Part shown: one piece after another, positions 25,816-39,384 of the stretch | How the letters are laid out: each line of letters opens with the position of its first letter | Numbering within the stretch: the first letter of the stretch is position 1 | Origin: the human T2T-CHM13v2.0 reference genome, Homo sapiens | Strand: one strand, 5' to 3' | Length of the DNA stretch: 64,000 bases | NCBI RefSeq assembly: GCF_009914755.1 | Contig: NC_060936.1 | Program-made: the position numbers and the translations under genes | The notes under the pieces: model-generated | Database searches by the model: none | What the model was told of the DNA's origin: nothing | What the model saw: only the letters and a program-made list of their open reading frames with translations

Positions 25816-27429
25816 TTGAAAACATCTTAGAGACACCACTGTATTATATTATATAAGACAGAATGAGACAGTTTAAAAATGAATAAATTTGATAATTCTC
25901 CCAATATATTAAAGATCCACAAAGTGAATCTACAAAACAAGGAATAAAAACATAACAAACAAGGAATGAATGAAGAGGAGGATGAGAGAAAAGCTGAAAA
26001 ATTAAACAAAAATCTATTTTTCCTACAATAGCCTAGAGGCCTTACATAATCTGCTCTCCAATGTCACCCTGTTAATTATATAAACATTTCTCTTACTACT
26101 TTAACATGGCCCATTCCACTCCTGCTCCACTGGGCCACTGGTCTTGTGAATTTCTTTTGTGGGTTTAGTATGAAGTTTTAGCTTTAGTCGTGGATCAGGT
26201 AAAGTTTTCCGTCCATTCTTGGGAACCATTTGTTTATAACGGATATATAATAGCATATATTATATGCTACTTTTAAGAGATATGCCTAAATATAAGGACA
26301 TAGAATGTTTGAAATGACTAGGCTAGGAAAAGATACAGTATGCAAACATGAACCACAGAAAGTTGATATATTAATTATTCAAGTAATTAGAACTTAAGTG
26401 TCTGTTTCTCAAAGGTTTGCTAAACTTGCTTATAACACCATCTAGTCTCGTGCTTTTTTTGTGGGCAGATTTTATTTCTAATTTTTTTCTTTAAAGATTT
26501 TAGACCTATCAAAGTTGTCTATTTCTTGTTCTTAAATACATACAGGTTTTTAAAAATATCCATTCTAAGATTTAAAACATGTTGGTTCAAAATTGTTTAT
26601 AGCACCTCATATGTTTTTACAAATTTATCATATAAAAATTTTGTCTTCTTCAATATGAGTATTACTTAATTATGCCTTACCTATTTTTCTCCTGATAGAA
26701 GTTCCCAGAATTTTTTCTGTATTGTAGTCTCTAAACAATTTTTTTAAATTACTGATGCCATCTACTGTATTTTTCTGTTTATTCCTTCTAGTTTTTAAAA
26801 TAATTTCTACATTTTTACTTTTTTAATATTATTCTACCTTTTTTCCTTTAAAATGCTGGAGTTACATGCTAAATATGTTAATTTTAATTTTTCTTGGTTT
26901 CTTTTAAAAAATATAGTATAAATCTTTCTTATGATAATATTTTACAGAGTAAGTTTGCAACAAGGATAATAAAGCACTCTTATCTCTGTGTTTAACCAGA
27001 TGCAATATTTTTGCATTTTATTATAAAGGATTTAGTCTCACCTTCATTGTTTCATGTACTTTTCTTAGCACTGAGAATGTTCCAGAGCATTGTAATATCA
27101 GTTTCTCCTTAAAGATACATTTACAAGTGGGTAGTATAAATTTACACTTCATACTCACTCTTGAGATGTTAATTTTTTACTACTATGATATTTTCCATGT
27201 TTTTCAGCATGTTTCTTAAAGATATGCTCCTACAATGAAAGACTAAAGAAAAAGAAAGACCCAAGACATGGGAACAAATAATCCAAAGGGAGAGAGAATT
27301 GATGTTCCAATCAGCTATTCTGTAAACTTGCTTTCAAATATGAATAGGCAGCTAAGGTTATCTGAGAAATGCTCAGAAACGTAGAGGGTGGGGGACCTTG
27401 AAGTAAAGATTACAGCAAGGAAACTGAAC

Positions 27430-27690
27430 AGCAACTTCAGTTTCAGAGCCGTGTTCTACATTTAGACTGCCTGGGTTAAAATAATAACTTCAAATCTTAG
27501 TAGCTATGTTACCTTAGTAGCTCAGTAAATTATTCAAGTTCTCAAAGGCTCACTTTTATAATAAGAATGCTTATAAGAGTTTCTACCTGTAAGTTGTTTT
27601 GTGGATTTATTAAATTAATCCAAATAAAACATTTATTCCAGTACTTGGAAGAGAATATCAGCCAGTGATAAGTGGTAATTATTATTATCT
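27430..27690 (+). mobile_element. MIR
   Basis: ttagactgcctgggttaaa...cttagtagctatgttacctt. Confidence 0.65.
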
Positions 27691-27834
27691 CCCCACCTGA
27701 GTACAAGTAAGTGTATATTGTAAACCCAACTCACAGAAATTTCCCTTTTTTAGAATTTCCTGAGCAACCTTATCTATGCTGCAAAACTCTGCAGCACTAC
27801 TTTTTTGCCCATAACCTAGAGTTTGGTTATGATC

Positions 27835-27975
27835 TAGTGAATAGTGCAACTATTCACGTGTGGTTATTTAAATGTAAATTCATAACATTTCATAAAATTT
27901 AAAATTCAGCTTCTCAGTTATACTTGTCCTATTTCAAGTGCCAAATTTCCATGTGTGGCTAGTAGCTACCATAAG
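27835..27975. mobile_element. MER3/MER33-type hAT fragment
   Basis: aaaattcagcttctcagttatac...atttcaagtg...catgtgtggctagtagctacc. Confidence 0.7.
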
Positions 27976-28263
27976 AGATCATCACAAAAAGTTCTCATGG
28001 TCAGCACCAATAGAGGGAGACATACAATTTGAAGGTGAGCCAATCACATTCTTTATCATAGGAGAAATGTGAATGAAGAAACAAGAAGCCCAGAAGCAGT
28101 TAAGAGAAAGTTCCATTGTTATCAACATTCCAGAAAGAATGCCACAAACTCCTGATGCTGGGTGAGAGGAGAGGTCCTGGTTAACTGAACTTCCCACAGC
28201 CTGGATATTGAGCAATTCCTTAGGCTTTTCAGTGTACCCTCATAAATAGTAAAATGGAGCACA

Positions 28264-28574
28264 TTTTTTTTTTTTTTTTTTTTTTTTGAGACAGGGTCTT
28301 GCTCTGTCTCCCAGGCTGGAGTGCAGTGGTGGGATGATAGCTCACTGCAAGCTCTGTCTCCCGGGTTCAAAAAATCCTCCTGCTTCAGCTTCCTGAGTAG
28401 CTAGGACTACAGGTGCATGCCACCACTTCTGGCTATTTTGTGTGTTGTTTGCATTTATTGTAGAGATGGGGACTTGCTATGTTGCCTAGGCTGGTCTCAA
28501 ACTCCAGGTCTCAAGCAACCTGCCAGCCTCGCCTCCCAAAGCGTTGGGATTACAGACATGAGCCACTGCACCTG
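28264..28574 (-). mobile_element. AluJ
   Basis: Poly-T followed by an antisense dimer. Confidence 0.92.
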
Positions 28575-29777
28575 GATCTACTTGTTACAAAAGTCTTCTC
28601 CCAATTGGTTGCTTTTCTTTCAGTTTTGCTAGTGAATGATTTTCAACTGAAAAGTTTTATTTTTTTATTAAGTCAAATCTGCCTATGATTTTATCACCAC
28701 TGAGATTAATGGCATGCTTAGAAAGTCCTGTCCATTCCTCCAGTGGAAATGTTTTCTAGTACTTTCATAGGTTCATGTTGTTAATATTGGTCTCATTTCT
28801 TATTTCTAAATTTCTTCTTTAATAAAATTAATTCCCCAAAGTATCATTGTTGAGTCTGGGTTTTATTTTATTGGTTTAGGCAATACAAACAATGATAAAT
28901 AATTTAAAGTATGAAAAAAGCTATAAAGTGACAATTAAGTTTCCTGACACACTTGATCCACACCCTGCAAAGGTAAACACATTATCAGTTTTGTGTTCTG
29001 TACTTCCAGAGACAATTTTCTTCTTTTTGATATTGTTTAAAGGTAGATATTTAATCAAATTTTAATGTATTCTGCTTTATTTGAGGTAGAATTCTACTTC
29101 TGTTCAAATAGCCAATTATTCAACATTATTTATTTTAGAACAGTCCATTATTTTTCCAGCAATTTTTGAATGTCAGTATCTCATATAATTCCCTAATTAT
29201 AGCTAAATCATTCTTAATGTCTCTTTCACAACACTGACCTACTCCATTTTCCTATTTTCACACCATTTGTCAAATATTTCCAAAATTATTTGTGGAAAGA
29301 CAGGGTGAGGTAGACTTAAGTAGAGATTTAACAGAAAAATTGACTGTTTATATAATAGTTGGTTTGTGACAGGACAAGATTCTCGTTGTTTTTAGTTTTC
29401 AACATCCTTGCATCTAGAGGAATGTTAGAATCAAATTTGTAAGGTCCACATAATATTCATTGGGAACTGGTTTACATTCATCAAATAATTAGGAAAAAGG
29501 TATTTTATAGCAAGTGGCTAAGTTAGATTGCAATTGTATATTTAGTAAAGGCATGTTGAGTAAACTCCAAAAGAATGACTGCATTTTTTTCAAAACATAA
29601 ACAATGAAGTTATTGCATATGTAGACAGGTGTGGAGTAGGTCAAAGTGTCAGTGATGTAACAATTTGTTTCCTTGACTCACACACTTCACTTGAAATGAT
29701 GGATGTCCTAGTGTCTCCTGGCTTTTTAGGCTTGGATCTTGCCCATTCACGTCATTATAGGGTTATCATTATGTCTT

Positions 29778-30063
29778 TACAAGTGTAATTTTATAAGTTG
29801 TAAAAGTGAGTTTGTGTTGTTATGGCTATTCTTTCTTTAGAGACAGGTAATTACAAGTGCATCTTCATAACTTTCTCCTCCCAGCCACTCTGGGGAACTC
29901 TTTAGAATGGTTTTCTGCCTTAGCTTCTTCACATGTGAAACATTTTCCTATTAGTCCTGGCATGATTCCCCTTAGTTTTGGGAAGCTGATCAAATTCCAA
30001 CGATCAAAAAATAGGACTAAATAGATATTTAACAATGGCATAAAAAATAAAAACACTGAAACA
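29778..30063 (-). pseudogene. Putative N-terminal coding region of the RGS22/RGSL1-like pseudogene
   Basis: CFSVF/VFLFFMPLL...LFSPIF*SLEFD, then EDALVITCL / KERIAITTQTHFY / TYKITLV (with frameshifts). Confidence 0.5.
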
Positions 30064-30507
30064 GTGTGGTATGTCTAATCTACCTACAATGCAATATTGG
30101 CCCTCATGGAATATGTATTATACAAAGTTCTAGTAAAATGGTAAACATTTGGTCTTCAATTAGTATTGAAAATATGATCAAGGATGTTTATTCACTTATT
30201 CAGCTCAGACTGCAGCTGTTTGGCTCTTACTACGGACCACATATGTGAGTCTAAAGCTGTTAGCAATGACACTGCCGCAGACCGGAGGGGACTAGTTTGT
30301 AACTTAGACAAACATTTTCTCCAGTAAAGTGAGATATATCCTTTGGCCATTCTCTTACAAGGACTATTTTACTTCCTCTAAAGTGAGAGTATTGGAAGGA
30401 ATATTAATTATTTTTGTCATATATTTTATCAGTCAATTTTTGAAATGGATTTCAGAAATATGTATTTTAAAGCTGTATCATGTCTTTGAGTTCTATATTT
30501 AAAAAGG

Positions 30508-30870
30508 TATGGTTTTAAGGTGTCCCCTCCAAAATTTCTGTTGAAATGTGATTACCAACGTGGCAGCATTGGAGGATGGGACCTTTGTGGGGTGCTGGAG
30601 CCATAATGGTTCTGCCCTTGTGGGTGAGATTAATGCCATTATGAAAGGGTAACTTCAGCCTTAGTTTGTTTCTTTGTCCATCCACCTTCTGCCATGTGAG
30701 GATCAAGGGTTCCTTGATTCTGGAAGACACAGCATGCAAATCATCATCTTGGAAGAACAGAATGACCTCACCAGACATTGAACCTACTGGTGCCCTGAAC
30801 TTAGACTTCCCAGCCTCCAGAAATACTCAGTATACTGCTATAGCAGCACAAAATATTGTGCTAAGATATT
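30508..30870 (+). mobile_element. MaLR solo LTR (MST-type)
   Basis: tatggttttaaggtgtcccctccaaaatt...ttagacttcccagcctccagaa...tatagcagcacaaa...ctaagata. Confidence 0.85.
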
Positions 30871-30879
30871 GACAATTGA

Positions 30880-31775
30880 CAATAAGTGTTTCTAAACATT
30901 TATTTTGGATGTCTCAAAAACACTTTAAAATCAATAGGTCTAAAACTCAACTTACAAACTTTTCCAAATCCGGTTCTTTCAAATGAAACCACTAAAATAC
31001 GAGTTGTTTGTGTCTAATGAGCAGTTTTTCCACTTAGTCTCACATTCAGCTTATCATCAAGTTATATCAATTTTGCCTTCCACACATCTCAAGAATTCAT
31101 CTATTTCTCTTCAGCATGACTGCTAACTCACTAATCCAAATAGTCTTTATTCTTTATGCTGCCTCAATAGCCTCTCTGGCTCATATTTCATCTCACCTTT
31201 TCTCCCACAAGTTAGTTCTTTCCCTGCAGCTAGGTTATCTTCTCAATAGGTAAATCGAATCACATCATTATCTCCCCATCCCCATTTAAAACATTTCATT
31301 GCTATTTTATTTCTCTTAATATAAAGGAGTAAATTTATAATGTGTTCTGCACACTATAGCTGGTGCCTAATCATTCTTTATAGTATTCTATGATATCCTT
31401 TATATTCTATAAGCTATAGTTACAACTTATTATTTATATATGCTGTTCTGTGTACAGCTTTCATATGCATCACTTTCTACTTTGCCAAACTAATTCTACT
31501 TAAATGGCACTTTGCTGTGGAAGCCTTTACTTATACATACAATCACAGACTAGGTCAGGTTCAGACAATTTATGTCTCATAACTCCATGTGCCTTTTCCT
31601 TGTGGAGTTATGCAAGATCTGATTTTTAAACTATTTTGTGAGTGTATATCTTTGTCATAACTGTAAATACCATGAGGACAGAGAATATATCTATTTTGTT
31701 CATCATTGTGTCCATGGCATTTAGCTTAGTGGCTGGATAATTATCTGTTATTCAATAAATATTTGCTTCATGAAA
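30880..31775 (+). mobile_element. L2 fragment
   Basis: L2 3' motifs ending ttcaataaatatttg. Confidence 0.7.
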
Positions 31776-31990
31776 ATGTAAATATATTGAGTCCCTACTA
31801 TGTGTCATCCACTCTATTAGCTCTTTGAAGGACACAAAGAAAACTATGCTCTTTCCATCAAGTTTTAAATTTTAATACTATAGTCTTATAGTCTAATTGT
31901 CTCCATATTTAAAACTACGAACTCACTCCCCTGTCAATTCAATACTCCTAATCCCTCTTACTCCTTACCCTATTTTTCCTTAGAACCTCA

Positions 31991-32305
31991 ATTTATTTAT
32001 TTATTTTTTATTTTTTTGAGACAGAGGATTTCACTCTGTCACCCAGACTGGAGTGCAGTGACACAGTCACAGCTCACTGCAACCTTCACTTCCTGGGCTC
32101 AAGTGATCCCCCCATGTCAGCCTCCTGAGTAGCTGGGACTACAGGCTCAAGCTACCATGCCAGGCTAATTTGTGTTTTATTTTTTTTGCAGAAATGGGGT
32201 CACACTATGTTTCCCTGGCTGGCCTCAAACTCCTGGGCTCAAGCGATCCTCCCGCCTCAGCCTCCCAATGTGCTGGGATTACAGGATAAGCCTCCGTGCC
32301 TGGCC
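31991..32305 (-). mobile_element. AluJ
   Basis: (TTTA)n tail followed by an antisense dimer. Confidence 0.92.
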
Positions 32306-32604
32306 TCAATTTATATAATATAGTATAAGATTTATTTAATTATCATGTTTGTTATTTATTTCTTGCCTCCTCACGCTAGACATCAAGTGCAGTGAGAACA
32401 GAAACAGTGGTCTATTTCATTGACTGATGAGTCCTAACCACCTAGAACAGTTCCTAGCACATAAAGGCATTTAACAATATTTGTTTGATGAAGGAATAAA
32501 TTAATATGTCCAAAAGTAATTAATCATGAAGTAAATTATTCAAAAGTCACTTTTCCCCAACATTGATTTCTACATAGTTTATCACATTATACAACTCACA
32601 GTCA

Positions 32605-32800
32605 TGGTGATTTTGCAGCCCCTCCCCATCAGAAACATTTGGCAATGTCTGGAGATTTTTATAGCTGCTACAACACGGCATAGAAGATTCTATTTGTATC
32701 TGGTGGGTAGAGGCCAGCATACTTAATGCGCAGAATAGCACCCTACAACTAAGAATTATGGAGGCCCAAATGTCACCTGTGCTGAGGATGAGACACCCTA
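32605..32800 (+). mobile_element. MER20 (hAT-Charlie)
   Basis: acatttggcaatgtctggaga...tgggtagaggccag...aagaattat...gcccaaatgtc...gtgctgagg. Confidence 0.8.
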
Positions 32801-33356
32801 AGCAACAGTCTCCATGGTTCTGTGTCCCTGCTCTTTCCATCAACTTGCATCATGTCTCTCTGTGCCTCATGTCAAGGCTTTCCTTTGGCTCCACTCCTTC
32901 ATCTCTCTCTTGTTTGTACCTCTTGTTTACCACATAAGCTTTGATTACGTTACTTAGGAGATTCAAATTTTTTTTAGAAGTTGCTGAATTTCAATTTACC
33001 AAATAAGACACCTTATTTAATTTTCTCTCTTGTACAGAACTCAGAACAGAGATATGCTGTCTATCTCTGACAGTGATGTCTGAAATAAGAATAGTCACCT
33101 AGCCTCTTGTTGATCCATGTTCTCAATTCAAAATCAAATGGTATTTAATATTTCAATAGCTTCCATTTATTTTATGTACGAGAGAACAGAGACATCTCAC
33201 AGACACATCCCATCAGACTTTGTTGTCTGATGCAACCACTTACAACACTGAATTTAAGGTCCCATCTGATTTCAAACAGCCTGATTGCTTTCAGAGATAT
33301 TGCATAGTCATTTAATGCATGTCAGCTTTCCAGATCATGATAGAAAATACCAACTT

Positions 33357-33700
<344 letters not shown>

Positions 33701-33723
33701 CTATAATTTCTAAAGGATTTCTA

Positions 33724-33973
33724 TTAATTATTATTATTTTTTTTTATTATACTCTAAGTTTTAGGGTACATGTGCACATTGTGCAAGTTAGTTACATATG
33801 TATACATGTGCCATGCTGGTGCGCTGCACCCACTAATGTGTCATCTAGCATTAGGTATATCTCCCAGTGCTATCCCTCCCCCCTCCCCCCACCCCACCAC
33901 AGTCCCCAGAGTGTGATATTCCCCTTCCTGTGTCCATGTGATCTCATTGTTCAATTCCCACCTATGAGTGAGA
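33724..33973 (-). mobile_element. L1HS Ta-subset 3' fragment (~250 bp)
   Basis: Minus strand reads ctagatgacACAttagtgggtgcagcgcacc (ACA at 33837-33839) and aaaacttaGagtataat (G at 33754), the Ta diagnostics. Confidence 0.9.
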
Positions 33974-34094
33974 TGCAGAAAAAATATTAGTTGGCAATTA
34001 TATTCTATAAAATAAAATATATTTTAAGTATTAAGTAATTCATATATGGGCCAAATAAAATGCATCACTCTGGACATAATTATTCAGGACTTTC

Positions 34095-34550
34095 TTATTC
34101 TCCAGGCACAGCTTGAATGAGATCTCTCCTTGTGTTCTCCCAACACTGAGATCAAGGTGTTAGTAGGGACTAGGGTCTCATCTGAGGCTCAGGGTTCTCT
34201 TCAAAGCTACATGGTTGCCGGCAGAATTTATTTCTTTGCCACTGCAGAACTCGGGGAGGCTTAGTTCTTCAAAGACAGCAGGAGAGTGTCTGAATTCTTG
34301 ATCCTCTTTTAGATGGTTCATCTGATTAAGTAAGACCACTCAGCATAATCTCCTTTTTGGTTAACTCAAAATTTGCTGATTTGGGACGTTAAGTCTGCAA
34401 AAATTCCTTCACTTGACCATATAATATAACTAATCATGGGAGTCAGTATCGCATCCTGTGGCCACCCACACTCAAATGGAGGAGGTCACATAGAGCATGT
34501 ACCATAGCTGGCAAGAATCTTGGAGACCATTTAGAACTCTGCCAACCACA
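34095..34550 (-). mobile_element. MLT1-type MaLR LTR
   Basis: gatcaaggtgttagtagg...gtctcatctgaggct...ggcagaatttatttc...ttagaactctgccaaccaca. Confidence 0.75.
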
Positions 34551-37369
34551 AGACAAGTTAGAGCAGAAGTTAAAGGAGCTATGTCACATAGTATTGCTTT
34601 GGGGCCCAAAAGATACAGAGAAACACAGAGCTAGAAAAAGAGCCTTTTTGTGCCAAATCTAACAGAAACCCTTGGGTACCTATGGCATGCAGAGTGCTCA
34701 AGCTGGCTACAAAAGAAAAAAGAGTCCGGGAGGCAGGAGTACATACCTGGCATGGCACATGGCAGGACAGCATTGTGTTTGTGGAAACAATGCCATCATG
34801 AGGTTCTCCAGGACTGGCCGAGAGGGAGGAACCTGAATGAATCCAGTTTCCAGTACATGTGAAATGCTGCATAAGAAATCTAAGAATTTATCAGAGAAAT
34901 TTTGTTGGGGGATGAGGGAGAAGTCACATAAGTAATTCCAAAACCCAAGTTTTAGAAGTTATAACACACTGTAGTTTTTAATATGGATTTGGCCTCCTTT
35001 TTACATATAAGCTAGCTACTCATAATGGTTCAATTTTTAGGCATTAAATTATAGAGTATGATTTATATAGTTTTAGTGATATGCACTCTAAGTAGCCTCC
35101 AAAGCAAAGATACACACAGTAGCAAACAAACAACCAAGACTGGAAAATATTGAAATATTAAAGGTTTGATCTCCTCTATAGTGGACATGCTATGCTCAAA
35201 CCTACTTCTCTGAGATACTGTAGTCAGTGGAGTTTTTTAGAATTCCCTGTATCGTAAATAAAAGAAAATAACTGAGAGGCTGAGAACTGCAATGAAACTA
35301 CCCTTTTCTTACAGAGAATTATTTATTTAATATCCCTCGGACAGCAACTTTGATATTTTCACTTTCAGCTTCATCAGATTTTGTGTTAAACTGTCTCATG
35401 CCTGCTTGCACTTAAGATTAGTTTAACTTCTGAGCTGTTATGTCACATAATGGAGAGAATCACTACTTCCAACTGTCCTGTAAGTAGCAAGAGAAAGTAG
35501 ACCTCTATTCTCAGAAAACAAAACATTTTGATTCTTCCTTTAATCATTCTCTCTTCTGAAAACAAACTCACAAAATGTCTAAGATGAGAGTTGTGGTATT
35601 AGCAAAATTATGACATCAAACACAGGAAACATGGCATTTTTATGAACAGAATTAAATATTGAAGTTATCAGCAAAAAGCACACATGACTACTGTTAAGAA
35701 AAAAGCTGCAAGCTATGGACATACCTGCTGACTGTCTGCTTTCTTGTGATGGGATTCTAAAGCCAGGCAATCACTAGATAATCCTTTCCCTTACAAAGAC
35801 CACCAGAACCACATAGGATTCTGACAAGTTGAAATTGCTTTATAGGGGTGCAAAAAGAGGTAAGAGGATACTTTGAAATAAAAGTTTGGATTGCCTAAAA
35901 TATATTTGGATTGCCTAAGAATATTTTTTCCTAATGCAAGGATTGCATTCTCTGGTCACTTTGCTTGGAAGAAACACTAAAGTCCCAATATTTCCGGAAA
36001 TGGTCAATTGCATTCCTGTATGACTTTATGTTTTTCAAAGTGCTGTAAATATATCACTTTAGCTTCACTACAACTTTGCCCAATTTAAGAATAAAAGAGA
36101 AAGAGGACAGTGTACTCCATTGTACCTGTAAGAAAGGTAAAACCAGAAAAGGCAAGTTACTTTCACATTACATAGATAGTATCAAAGTGGTGTTCAATCA
36201 TAATTTCATATATGGCATAGCCTAACATTTATTCCTATTATACAAAAAAGACAGGGAAACCAAGAGATATGTAAGACAATAGGAAGGGCATGAACATGGG
36301 TGCTCGGAAAACCTATACATAATTTCTGAACTTGTCACTTTGAAAAAAAATTTCGTATTTTTCTAGTGCTACACATATCTTATTAGCCCTTGGACTTCTT
36401 ATAAATCCAGCTTTTATTTTGTCACAGATCTAGTGTGCTTATACTTAAATGACAGCCACCTGCACTTTATTAACTTAATGATCAACAACTTCCATACCCA
36501 GCCAAGAAAGTATGACAGGGACCCAATTTAGCCTCTCATCATAAACAATAAGAAAACCCATAAGGAACAACAGTTTTCTGGTATTGAACAACAGCAGTGC
36601 ATCATCATGGTCCCTGAGAAAAGGGAAACAATCAAAGTAAAGGCTATAATTACATCAGCTAATTTTCTGGTAATTGGGAGGGAGAGCCCAAACAGAACCC
36701 CATGATTTCCCTGAGTTAAGGAGTCAGAATTTGGAGTTCAGAGGTCAAGATGGCTGGGATTTGCAGAGCAGAATAATGCCCATTCATCCTCAATACTTGA
36801 GATGATAATGGCATAATTTTCTTCTTTCAAATTGTGGTGATGGTGGCAGAAGGAGAATGCATCATGAAATACCTTACCGTGATATACAAATGGCTGATCA
36901 TATGCAAATACATGACATGCTCTCATGGGCGTATCCACATATTGATTAAACAAAAAAAAATACTCTTTTGTGGGGAAATAATTAAAAAATAGCTACTTTG
37001 TCTTTACTTATAAAAGTAGTTTTACTAACAGGGAAATAATTAAATGAAAAATTTAGAGAGATCAAAAATTTGTATTCTGTAGATAAAAATAAGTGTAGCT
37101 AATATCATACATTAAAATTTATTTTACTAAACCTTAATATTTTCTAGATTCTGCAGATAACATCAATAAGGTGACTAGGTATACAGAACTGAAAAAAATT
37201 AAAATGTACACTATCATTAAAATTATAATATAGAGAGTTTATTGATTTTTAAACCTAATAAATGGTACCATTGCTGCTTTCACTTGTACCATTCATTTGA
37301 TAGTTTTAATTTAGCCAATGTAACCATCATTTATTTACTTAAGAAAATAATTTCAAGAAAATATAAGAT

Positions 37370-38500
37370 ACTTTTTTATTCAAAAACATTTTTGAACATT
37401 TACTCTGTGCTAGGCAATCTTTACTAGAAATAACAGAAACAAAATGTCCTGCCTTCCCTGATTGTATGTTTTTGGAAAGAGACAGAGGGAAACCAGACAA
37501 TAAAATGTATATCTAATATAAGTGCCAAGGAGGAAATGATGAAGCTCAGAAGGTAGATATGAATAATTGGTTTGGAAGGGGGACAGGATGCAATTTTAAA
37601 TAAAGTGGTCATTTGAAAACATTAACTTTTCAGACAGGAGCTTGTTTGAGTGATTTTTCTTTCTTTTATTATTATTATACTTTAAGTTTTAGGGTACATG
37701 TGCACAACGTGCAGGTTTGTTACATATGTATACATGTGCCATGTTGGTGTGCTGCACCCATTAACTCATCGTTTACATTAGGTATGTCTCCTAATGCTAT
37801 CCCTCCCCCCTCCCCCCACCCCACAACCATCCCCGGTGTGTGATGTTCCCCTTCCTGTGTCCATGTGTTCTCATTAAAATGGTAAGAAGACTAGTGTGTT
37901 TGGAGCAGATGAGGGAAAGGGAGAGAGAAGTGGAGATGAGTTCAGGGAGAAGCAACGAAGGGCAAGATCTTGCAGGGCCTTTTCGGTCAAAGGGAAGGGC
38001 TTTGGCTTTCACTCATAAATACACTTGAAGATGTGAGAATTTTGAACAAAGAAGAAAGATAATCAGACATACATTTGAAAATGTCACTGTAGATGCTAGA
38101 TTGAGTGCAGATTGAAGAAGGGCAAAGGCACAAATAGGGAGTGTTATTAGGTTTTTGCTATGATCTAAGTGAAAGTAATGACAGCTTGATCAAGGGGTGT
38201 AGTCATGTAAGTGGTGAGAAGTGCTTGGATTCTTGAATATATTTTTAAGTTACAGCTGAAAGAATTAGATGACATATTAGATGTTAGATTCAAAAATACT
38301 TATGATGTAATATACGAAGATAGATAATAAATTGAAATAAAGAAAGAACTCTATCTCAGGTTTTTGACTTGGAAATGTAGAAGGATGGATTTACTAACAA
38401 CTAAAATGAGGAAAATTTGCAGAAGGAAGTTTGATGGAGATAATCATAAATGTAGCTTGGACTTACTAGATTTGACATGCCAGTCGGACATCTCAGTAGA
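37370..38500 (-). mobile_element. L2 fragment
   Basis: attcaaaaacatttttgaacatttactctgtgctaggca... and downstream antisense L2 motifs. Confidence 0.7.
37654..37875 (-). mobile_element. L1PA 3' fragment nested in L2
   Basis: ttattatactttaagttttagggtacatgtgcacaacgtgcaggtttgttac...cccattaactc. Confidence 0.92.
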
Positions 38501-39098
38501 TATTTAATTACATCATATGCTTATAAACAATTTTTGTTTCCTTTCTAACAATTTACACATTAATAACACTTAAAAGATAAATAACCCTACAATCACAACT
38601 TGAAAGCCCAGCAATCAAATATAAATATTGCCTTTATTAATCATAAACAATACGGGCTATGGTACTGATAAAATAGGCAGTGGATTATGCCAAGTTTCTG
38701 ATCATAATTGTTGAATTATTTCTTATCATTCAAGAAAGTATATTGATATGTAAAGTTAGATGATTGTTAAAATACCTTAAAACAGTTAAGATTTATACAA
38801 GACAAACAGTTTAGATCTATACAAGATCTAAATCAGTACCAAACTCTAGTAATTTACCTATTAGAATAAAAGTTGCCATGTAATACGTTTAACAATTACC
38901 ACAAATAACTGAAACAATAAAGTGAATTCCAGTCAATGTTACTTTAGAATTGCAAGGACTTTCAGAAATTTTAGTGGAAGAAAAAAAAACACTCCAGTTT
39001 TAACAGAACAGACCCTTCCCTTCCAAATATGTATGTATAAATCCATTTAAGGTGAAGTCAGAAACATAGTGGAATGGTAAATACCCAGTTTTTCTCAG

Positions 39099-39384
39099 AT
39101 TCATTCATTCATTCATTCATTCATGTTTTGTGAAAAGGTAATCTCTCAGCCTGTAGGTAAAATTCTCTCTTCAGAGGCTTAGGCTCCTGTGTCCCTCATA
39201 TAAGTGGTCTTCTTCACCATGACTTAATGAATTATTGTAAAATATGTCCAGTCTCAGCAGTTTGCATAGTTTAGGCCCAGGCTGAGAGTGTGAATTAGCA
39301 GCATGCACAGACACAATATGTGTGTGTGTGTGTGTTATGTTGCTTTCTCATATGTGTGCATGCACACACACACACACACACACA
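39099..39384. repeat. (ATTC)n, (TG)n and (CA)n microsatellites
   Basis: (ATTC)6 at 39099-39124; TG run at ~39319-39335; CA run at ~39363-39384. Confidence 0.9.

Noticed and set aside
30204-30244. Plus-strand mini-exon candidate cag|CTCAGA...CATAT|gtgagt
   Set aside because: Weak pyrimidine tract, no partner exons and no recognisable peptide.
36738-36960. 71-aa minus ORF and ATTAAA plus a short A-run suggesting a retrocopy
   Set aside because: No TSD, the A-run directly abuts the signal, and the peptide is not recognised.
39300-39384. (TG)n followed by (CA)n forming a potential hairpin
   Set aside because: Ordinary adjacent microsatellites with no evidence of a structured RNA.
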